This document shows, piece by piece, positions 1 through 6,198 of a DNA stretch of 10,672 nucleotides. The notes under the pieces were generated by a model. That model was not told the DNA's origin. It was given only the letters and a program-made list of their open reading frames with translations, and searched no databases. This DNA is from Polyangiaceae bacterium. Lineage in GTDB: Bacteria > Myxococcota_A > Polyangia > Polyangiales > Polyangiaceae. Position 1 is the first letter of the stretch. Each line of letters begins with the position of its first letter. Location: NCBI GenBank assembly GCA_044222475.1, contig JBGANF010000198.1:1-10672 (forward strand), read 5' to 3'. The position numbers and the translations under genes were made by a program.

Positions 1-1
1 G

Positions 2-151
2 AGCGGATACGTCGAGGCCCAGAAGGACGTCGTCTACATCATCGTCGATGGTCTGGAGAAGCTCGGCTTGGCAGGCTCATCAGGCTCGTCCGGTGGCAAA
101 CCGTCATCGACGACCGCGCGCGTTCCTTCGATGAGCCGCGACTTTCACTGA
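2..151 (+). CDS. dnaE2: 3' end (partial) of error-prone DNA polymerase III alpha subunit DnaE2
   Basis: Frame 2 reads SGYVEAQKDVVYIIVDGLEKLGLAGSSGSSGGKPSSTTARVPSMSRDFH* (TGA 149-151). A terminal SRDF[H/R] is the characteristic DnaE2 C-terminal motif. The preceding G-x-V-E...VVYIIV segment fits the end of the OB-fold. Only 49 aa are visible. Confidence 0.75.
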   Translation, partial: SGYVEAQKDVVYIIVDGLEKLGLAGSSGSSGGKPSSTTARVPSMSRDFH

Positions 152-164
152 GGTCGGCGCTAGC

Positions 165-995
165 ATGCCGACTATGGCTCGCCTTGCGCTCCTCGCGCCC
201 TTTTTCGTCCTAGCCGCGTGTGGCTTGCAACAGTCCGGTGGCCTCCCCGAAACGCCCGATACGGGCATCCCCGATGGCGGCAAGCCCGACGTCGCCGCCG
301 ACGCGGGCCCTGACTCGCCGGCCACCTGCGACTCGGCCAAGTGTCCGATCAACCAGTACTGCAGTGACAACCAGTGCCAGTATCTCGCCTCTTGCGGCGC
401 GATTCACGCCGCGAGCAACGTCGCCGAAAGCCGGATCTACGACATCCATACGCCATCGATGACGCCAGGGAAGACAGTCCCCGTCTACTGCGACATGACC
501 GACGTGGGCGGCGGTTGGACGCTCATCGCATCCACGGTACCCAATGGGACGTTGCCGTTCGGCTGGGGAACGCCGCGGAACGATCCGGCCTCCAAAAGTG
601 ATGTCTACGCGGTGGACTTGGCGATTTTCGCCACTGGCTTCTTCAAGAAGGCCATGATTGCAGTTCGCAAGACGACACCGTCGGTCAATCTCGACGCCCT
701 GCCTCCGTTCATCACGTTCGACTATCCCAACGTCGGCGCATTGGGTGGCACGACCACGAGTACAGCCAACGTCAGGGTCGAGGTCGCCGCGTCACCCTGC
801 ACCACCTCCGACGTGCCGGCATCCCTCAAGCTGATCGGGAATACGTCGCTGACCACTGGGTACTACTTCACCTCGTCGACGGCGATTTCGCTCGTCGGGA
901 TCACCCCCACCGGATTTGCTGCCAGCGACCTCACGCCGTGCAGCGGCGATCACACGCTCCACGGCAAACAGATTCTCCTCTTCGCCAAGGAATGA
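165..995 (+). CDS. Lipoprotein with fibrinogen-like (YCDxxxxGGGW) domain
   Basis: Signal peptide with lipobox LAA-C (alternative ATG at 174), a Pro/Asp/Gly linker, a small Cys-rich module (CDSAKCPINQYCSDNQC), then SCGAI...YDI...VYCDMTDVGGGWTLI, which matches the N-terminal part of the fibrinogen-related domain. The stop overlaps the next start (ATGA 992-995). Confidence 0.8.
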   Translation: MPTMARLALLAPFFVLAACGLQQSGGLPETPDTGIPDGGKPDVAADAGPDSPATCDSAKCPINQYCSDNQCQYLASCGAIHAASNVAESRIYDIHTPSMTPGKTVPVYCDMTDVGGGWTLIASTVPNGTLPFGWGTPRNDPASKSDVYAVDLAIFATGFFKKAMIAVRKTTPSVNLDALPPFITFDYPNVGALGGTTTSTANVRVEVAASPCTTSDVPASLKLIGNTSLTTGYYFTSSTAISLVGITPTGFAASDLTPCSGDHTLHGKQILLFAKE

Positions 996-2677
996 GGGCT
1001 CGCAGCCACTGGGCGTGGGGCTTCGTCGACGCGTTCCCGGACGACGACGCTCGAACCGCGCTCGCGACCCAGATCGCGTTTCTCCTCGGCGGTGACGCTC
1101 CGGCGCTCTCGCCCCTGCCGACCCTCGCCGACGTGCGAGTCGCGCCGGCGCGCATCCCCGTCCCCGCGCGTTGGACCGAATTTGCGACTCCGGCGCTCTC
1201 GCCCCTGCCGACCCTCGCCGACGTGCGAGTCGCGCCGGCGCGCATCCCCGTCCCCGCGCGTTGGACCGAATTTGCGACGACGTCGGACGACGACCGGATC
1301 CGGCACGCGTACGGCCGCGCCTATCCCGATTTGGTACGCGGCTTCCGCGGCGACTTCTCCGCCGCACCGGACGTCGTGGCCTATCCCAGGACGGATGACG
1401 ATCTGCTCGCCCTGTTCGAAGAGGCACCAGCGGTCGGCGCGGTGCTCGTGCCGTTCGGGGGCGGGACGAGCGTGGTCTCCGGCGTCACGTGCGCCGGCAC
1501 CAAGCCCGTCGTGGCCGTCGATCTTCGCGCCCGCGCGCGCGTGCTCGAGGTCGACCCCGTGAGCCGACTCGCCCACATCGAGGCCGGCGCGACCGGCCCC
1601 GATCTCGAGGCGCAGCTGCGCGCCCACTCCCTCACGCTGCGCTTCTTCCCGCAGAGCTTCGAGCTCTCGACGCTCGGCGGATGGATCGCCACCCGCGCTG
1701 GCGGCCACTACGCGACGCTCGCCACCCACATCGACGACCTCACGACCGCGGTGCGCATGCTCACTCCGCGCGGCCCGTTCGAGACCGCGCGTTTCCCCGC
1801 GTCGGGCGCCGGCCCCGACCCGAAGCGGCTCGTGCTCGGCTCCGAAGGTACGCTCGGCGTGATCACGTCGGCGTGGATGAAGGTCGTTCCGCGCCCGACG
1901 TTTCGCGCCGACGCCAACGTCTTCTTCGAGGACTTCGGCGCCGCCGTCGATGCCGCTCGGAAGATTGCGCAGAGCGGTCTCAACCCCGCCAACGCCCGCG
2001 TGCTCGACCCGCGAGAGGCGCTCCTGAACGGTGTCGCGATGGACGGAACGTCCGTGCTCGTCCTCGGCTTCGAGAGCGCAGACCACGAGCTCGAGAGCGC
2101 GATCGCGCGCGCGCTCGTGATCGCGACCCGCGCCGGCGGCGTCTGCCCCGATGGAGCGCGGGTGCGGGGCCACGCCTCGACCGCCCGCGGCGAGAAGACC
2201 GCGTCCGAGACGTGGCGCGCCTCGTTCCTTCGAGGGCCGTATCTCCAGAGCGCGCTCGTGTCGCTCGGGATGGTCGTCGACACGTTCGAGACCGCGTGCA
2301 CCTGGGACGCGTTCGATGGTCTGCTCCGCGAAGTGAAGGGGAGCTTGCGCGCGCTCTTCGAACGGCACGGGCAGCGCGGATCGATCTCGTGTCGGTTCAC
2401 GCATCTGTACCCCGATGGACCGGCGCCGTACTTCACGTTCGCCCTGCGTCCGCCTCGCCCCGGCGCCGAGCTCGAGCTGTGGGAGGAAGCGAAGCGGACC
2501 GCGAGTGACGCCGTCACCCGCGCCGGCGGCACGATCACGCATCACCACGCGGTCGGGCGGGCCCACATGCCCTGGTACCGCACCGAGGTGCCGTCGCTCT
2601 TCCGAGAGAGCTTGGGCGCGGTGAAGAAGTCGCTCGATCCGGCCGCCCTGATGAACCCCGGCGTGCTCCTCGGCTAG
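992..2677 (+). CDS. FAD-binding oxidoreductase (VAO/PCMH family), alkyldihydroxyacetonephosphate synthase-like
   Basis: Motifs VPFGGGTSVVSG, FPQSFELSTLGGWIATRAGG, GSEGTLGVIT, CRFTHLYPDGPAPY, GGTITHHHAVG and LDPAALMNPG, plus an N-terminal WAWG typical of bacterial AGPS-like proteins. The start is placed at ATG 992 (ATGA overlap, AAGG just upstream) rather than 938, giving 561 aa. Confidence 0.9.
   Translation: MRARSHWAWGFVDAFPDDDARTALATQIAFLLGGDAPALSPLPTLADVRVAPARIPVPARWTEFATPALSPLPTLADVRVAPARIPVPARWTEFATTSDDDRIRHAYGRAYPDLVRGFRGDFSAAPDVVAYPRTDDDLLALFEEAPAVGAVLVPFGGGTSVVSGVTCAGTKPVVAVDLRARARVLEVDPVSRLAHIEAGATGPDLEAQLRAHSLTLRFFPQSFELSTLGGWIATRAGGHYATLATHIDDLTTAVRMLTPRGPFETARFPASGAGPDPKRLVLGSEGTLGVITSAWMKVVPRPTFRADANVFFEDFGAAVDAARKIAQSGLNPANARVLDPREALLNGVAMDGTSVLVLGFESADHELESAIARALVIATRAGGVCPDGARVRGHASTARGEKTASETWRASFLRGPYLQSALVSLGMVVDTFETACTWDAFDGLLREVKGSLRALFERHGQRGSISCRFTHLYPDGPAPYFTFALRPPRPGAELELWEEAKRTASDAVTRAGGTITHHHAVGRAHMPWYRTEVPSLFRESLGAVKKSLDPAALMNPGVLLG
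1098..1278 (+). repeat. Exact 90-bp tandem duplication, in frame (2 copies)
   Basis: 1098-1187 is identical to 1188-1277, plus one further matching base. It encodes PALSPLPTLADVRVAPARIPVPARWTEFAT twice. Confidence 0.97.
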
Positions 2678-2686
2678 ACTTCGACC

Positions 2687-5194
2687 ATGGTCCGCCCGTC
2701 GATCCGACCGCTCGCCCTCGCCGGGCTCGTGATCGCGTGCTCGTCGACTCCGCCCGAGCCGGCACCTCCCGTGCAAGGCACGTACGGCGTCTTCAAGGTC
2801 CGCGTCGAGAACGACGCGCTGACGATCTTTGCGGGAGGCAAGCCGCTGATCGAAGGCCTCACCCCGAGCGACGCCGTCGGCGAAGGGAAGACGACCAACG
2901 ACGAGAGTCCGCCGATGACAGGCTTCGCCGTTCGTGACGTCGCGACCGCGTTCGACACGCTCTACGGATCCTTTCGATGGACCTACGAGCCGCGCGGACC
3001 CTGGCGCGTCGGCAAGCGCCTCGTCGCCGACGAGACGGCCGGCAAGACCGACGTGCTCGACGGCGCAGGCAAGAGGATCGCGACGGTGACCGTGACGAGA
3101 GGGGCGGAAGACGGTGAGCTCGTCGTCTCGATCACGCCCGGCGTCGGTCCCGAGCGCCGCCTCTCGTGGGGCTTCAAGTGCGCCGAGACGGATCACTTCC
3201 TCGGGTTCGGCGCGCAGACGAACGCCGTCGATCATCGCGGCGAGAGCGTGCCGATCTGGGTCGCGGAGCAGGGCATCAAGAAGGAGAACACCGACGACTT
3301 CACCGGCGCGTGGTTCCTCCGAGGTCGGCTCCACTCGTCGTACTTCCCGATGCCGGAGTTCCTGTCGTCGCGGGGGTACTTCGCCGTCGCCGAGACGGAT
3401 CAGCTCTCGACGTTCGCGCTCTGCAGCGAGCGCGCCGACGTCGCGCGGCTGCAGCTCGAGCTCCCGGCGAAGCTCCACGTGTTCCACGGGCCGTCGCTGA
3501 AGGAGGCGATCACGAGGAAGACGGCTCGCTTCGGGCGCCCGCGCGTGCCTCCCGCGTTCGCGTTCGCTCCCTGGAACGACGCGATCTACGACTCGGCGAA
3601 CGTCCGTCGCGTGGCGAAGAAGCTCCGCGACTCCGGTGCACCGTCGAGCGTGATCTGGACCGAAGACTGGCGCGGCGGGGTCGAGAAGGCCGACGCCCGA
3701 TACGCGCTGAAAGAGGAGTGGGAAGTCGATCGAACCCAGTACCCGGACTTCGAGGCCGTCGCGAAGGAGCTCCACCAATCGGGCTTCAAGTGGCTCGTGT
3801 ACTTCAACTCGTTCGTCCAGAAGACGAGCAAGGCCTGGCCCGAGACGGATCCGAAGGGCTACCTGATTCGCAAGCCGGACGGAGCCGGTGGCTCGTACGA
3901 GTTCGACGACGTGAAGGGCGAGAAGTCGTCGCTCGTGGATTTCACGAACCCGGAGGCGTTCAACTGGGCGGTGAACAAGCTCCGCGCGGTGATGCTGCTC
4001 GGCGCCGACGGCTGGATGGGCGACTACGGCGAGTGGCTCCCGACCGACGCGAAGTTGGTCGGCGGTAGCGGGCTCGACTTCCACAACCGCTATCCGGTCC
4101 TCTGGCAGAAGGCGCAGCGCGCCGCGATCGACTCGATGAACGACGGCGTCGAGCGTCTCTTCTTCGTCCGCAGCGGCTGGTTCGGCACGGTCGAGACCGC
4201 CGACGTCTTCTGGGCGGGCGACCAGCAGTCGGATTTCCTCCCGGACGACGGCATGCCGACCGTCGTGCCGATCGGGCTCGGCGTGGGCATCTCGGGGATG
4301 TCGACGCAGGGCAGCGACATCGCCGGTTACCAAAACATCCAGAGCACTCCGGTCGACAAGGAGCTGTTCTTCCGCTGGACCGAGCTCGGCGCGTTCAGCC
4401 CCGTGATGCGCACGCACCACGGCTCCGCGCCGAAGCCCAACTGGACGTTCGAGTCCGATGACGAGACGCTCCAACACTGGGTGCGCTACGCGAAGGAGCA
4501 CGTCGCGCTCGCTCCGTACCTGCGCACGCTGGCGCAGGTCGCGCACGACTCGGGCGTCGCGATCTGGCGCCCGCTCGCGCTCGAGTTCCCCGGCGATGCG
4601 TCGGTCTGGCCGATCGCCGACGAGCTGATGATCGGAGACGCGTTGCTCGTCGCGCCGGTGCTGAAGCCGGCCCTTACGTCGCGCGACGTGCGCCTGCCTG
4701 CGGGCGTGCGGTGGTACCCGTGGCGCGGCGGACCTGCGGTCGACGGAGGCGCGATCGTGCCCGCCGCCGCGCCGCTCGGTGAGATCCCGGTCTTTGCTCG
4801 CGCCGGCGCCGTCGTCCCCGAGTACCCCGACGGCGTGATGACGCTCACGGTGGAGCCGTCGGCGGTGAAGAACGCCGCCGCCGTGGGCGATGACCGCGTC
4901 GTCTTCGCGTTCGCGGGAGCGAACGGCGCCTTCGAGGACGTGACCGGGCCGAAGTACGTGATGACCAGCGCATCCCCGATTCCGACCGGCGCGGTCACGG
5001 CCACGTTCGCGGGCGCGCCGCTCGCGGCGTGTGGTGTCAATCCGGCGGCGCCATGCTTTGATGCTGGGGCGATGAAGGCCTGGGTGTCGGGTTCGGGAGC
5101 GCTCGTCGTGTCCCACGATGGTAAAGAGTCCGTGACGCTCACGATCACGGTGAAGCCGAACACGACCACGGTCGTCGTGGTGCGCGACCAATGA
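2687..5194 (+). CDS. Glycoside hydrolase family 31 (TIM-barrel alpha-glycosidase, YihQ-like), predicted lipoprotein
   Basis: Lipobox VIA-C followed by SS and a Pro-rich linker. GH31 motifs FLGFGAQ, WTEDW, YPDF, GADGWMGDYGEWLP (nucleophile Asp codon 4022-4024), WAGDQ (acid/base Asp codon 4220-4222), SDIAGY, RWTELGAFSPVMRTH and LLVAPV. Confidence 0.92.
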   Translation: MVRPSIRPLALAGLVIACSSTPPEPAPPVQGTYGVFKVRVENDALTIFAGGKPLIEGLTPSDAVGEGKTTNDESPPMTGFAVRDVATAFDTLYGSFRWTYEPRGPWRVGKRLVADETAGKTDVLDGAGKRIATVTVTRGAEDGELVVSITPGVGPERRLSWGFKCAETDHFLGFGAQTNAVDHRGESVPIWVAEQGIKKENTDDFTGAWFLRGRLHSSYFPMPEFLSSRGYFAVAETDQLSTFALCSERADVARLQLELPAKLHVFHGPSLKEAITRKTARFGRPRVPPAFAFAPWNDAIYDSANVRRVAKKLRDSGAPSSVIWTEDWRGGVEKADARYALKEEWEVDRTQYPDFEAVAKELHQSGFKWLVYFNSFVQKTSKAWPETDPKGYLIRKPDGAGGSYEFDDVKGEKSSLVDFTNPEAFNWAVNKLRAVMLLGADGWMGDYGEWLPTDAKLVGGSGLDFHNRYPVLWQKAQRAAIDSMNDGVERLFFVRSGWFGTVETADVFWAGDQQSDFLPDDGMPTVVPIGLGVGISGMSTQGSDIAGYQNIQSTPVDKELFFRWTELGAFSPVMRTHHGSAPKPNWTFESDDETLQHWVRYAKEHVALAPYLRTLAQVAHDSGVAIWRPLALEFPGDASVWPIADELMIGDALLVAPVLKPALTSRDVRLPAGVRWYPWRGGPAVDGGAIVPAAAPLGEIPVFARAGAVVPEYPDGVMTLTVEPSAVKNAAAVGDDRVVFAFAGANGAFEDVTGPKYVMTSASPIPTGAVTATFAGAPLAACGVNPAAPCFDAGAMKAWVSGSGALVVSHDGKESVTLTITVKPNTTTVVVVRDQ

Positions 5195-6198
5195 CCTCCG
5201 CGACCCATTTGCTGGTCGGAAACCCGACTGCGCAGAGCGGCAAAAACGCGGAGCGCATCGAGCAAGCGCGCGCGTTCCTCTCGCGGGCCGGGGTCGCCTG
5301 CGACTTCCTCGCGACGGAGCCCGCCGGCCGCACCATCGCCGCCGTGACGAAGGCGATCGACGAGCGGCCCTACCGCACCGTCGTGTACATGGGCGGCGAC
5401 GGGACCTTCCGCGAAGTGGCCTCCGGCATCCTCGGCAGCTCACGCAAGGACGCCGTCGCGATGGGGATGCTGCCCACCGGTACCGCGAACGATCAGGGCC
5501 GCAGCTTCGGCCTCGACGCCGGCGAAGCCGCGCTGGAGGACAACCTCCGCGTCGTCCTCGCCGGCCACGAGACTCGCCTCGACGCTGGGCGGATCATCGC
5601 CGGTGACCACCGTGACTGGTTCTTCGACTCGGCCGGCTGGGGGATCAGCGCGCGCGTACTCTCCGAACGAAACAAGGATCGCGAGTGGATCAAGGACGTG
5701 CCGCTCCTGCGTGACGTCTACCGCGATCACATGGTGTACGCGGGGGCGCTGCTCCGCGTGTTCCTCGAGTCGTACGCCGTGAACGACAAGTTCTCGGCTC
5801 GGGTCGTCGCCGACGGAGTCGTCCACGATCTCGAAGGGCTGACCGACCTCATCGTGAAGGGCACCCGCATCTACGGCGGCGCGTGGGTCTTCGACCGAGC
5901 CTCCGCCCACGACGACGGGCTCTTCGAGGTGGTGCCGTTCCACGGCAAGCGAGATTGGACGAGCAAGGCGATCGTCGATCTCGATGGCAACCCGCTCGAC
6001 GAAGAGGCTCTCAACGCGATCGGCGTGGAGCACACGAAGCCGTTCTCGGCGAAGGTCATGGACGTGACCATCGGGACCTACCCCGGGGGAACGCCGCTCC
6101 ACGCACAGATCGACGGCGAAGAGCACGCGGCCGCAGCCGCGCCGCACGTACGCATCGAGGTCGTGCAGAAGGCGCTGCGGCTGATCGTCCCGGCCTAG
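5191..6198 (+). CDS. Diacylglycerol/lipid kinase family protein (YegS/DagK/BmrU-like)
   Basis: Motifs NPTAQSG, MGGDGTF, LPTGTAND, YGG, DDGLFEV and QIDGE. ATGA overlap with the GH31 stop (5191-5194). Confidence 0.92.
   Translation: MTSATHLLVGNPTAQSGKNAERIEQARAFLSRAGVACDFLATEPAGRTIAAVTKAIDERPYRTVVYMGGDGTFREVASGILGSSRKDAVAMGMLPTGTANDQGRSFGLDAGEAALEDNLRVVLAGHETRLDAGRIIAGDHRDWFFDSAGWGISARVLSERNKDREWIKDVPLLRDVYRDHMVYAGALLRVFLESYAVNDKFSARVVADGVVHDLEGLTDLIVKGTRIYGGAWVFDRASAHDDGLFEVVPFHGKRDWTSKAIVDLDGNPLDEEALNAIGVEHTKPFSAKVMDVTIGTYPGGTPLHAQIDGEEHAAAAAPHVRIEVVQKALRLIVPA

Noticed and set aside
938..991. ORF-track N-terminal extension of the oxidoreductase
   Set aside because: It overlaps the upstream gene. 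Family similarity begins at MRARSHWAWG, and ATG 992 has an ATGA coupling.
3472..3490. parS-like sequence (CTCCACGTGTTCCACG), considered because smc is nearby
   Set aside because: It has several mismatches to the GTTCCACGTGGAAC-type palindrome and is explained by the codons for LHVFH.
2687..5194. Calling the GH31 gene yihQ or a sulfoglycolysis locus
   Set aside because: The sulfonate-binding motif is not recognisably conserved, and no other sulfoglycolytic genes are present.
950..5443. 1497-aa antisense ORF spanning several genes
   Set aside because: It is the in-register antisense shadow of the oxidoreductase and GH31, which share a frame. Stops would need sense TTA/CTA/TCA codons, which are rare at high GC3. 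The product is Arg-rich with no recognisable motif.
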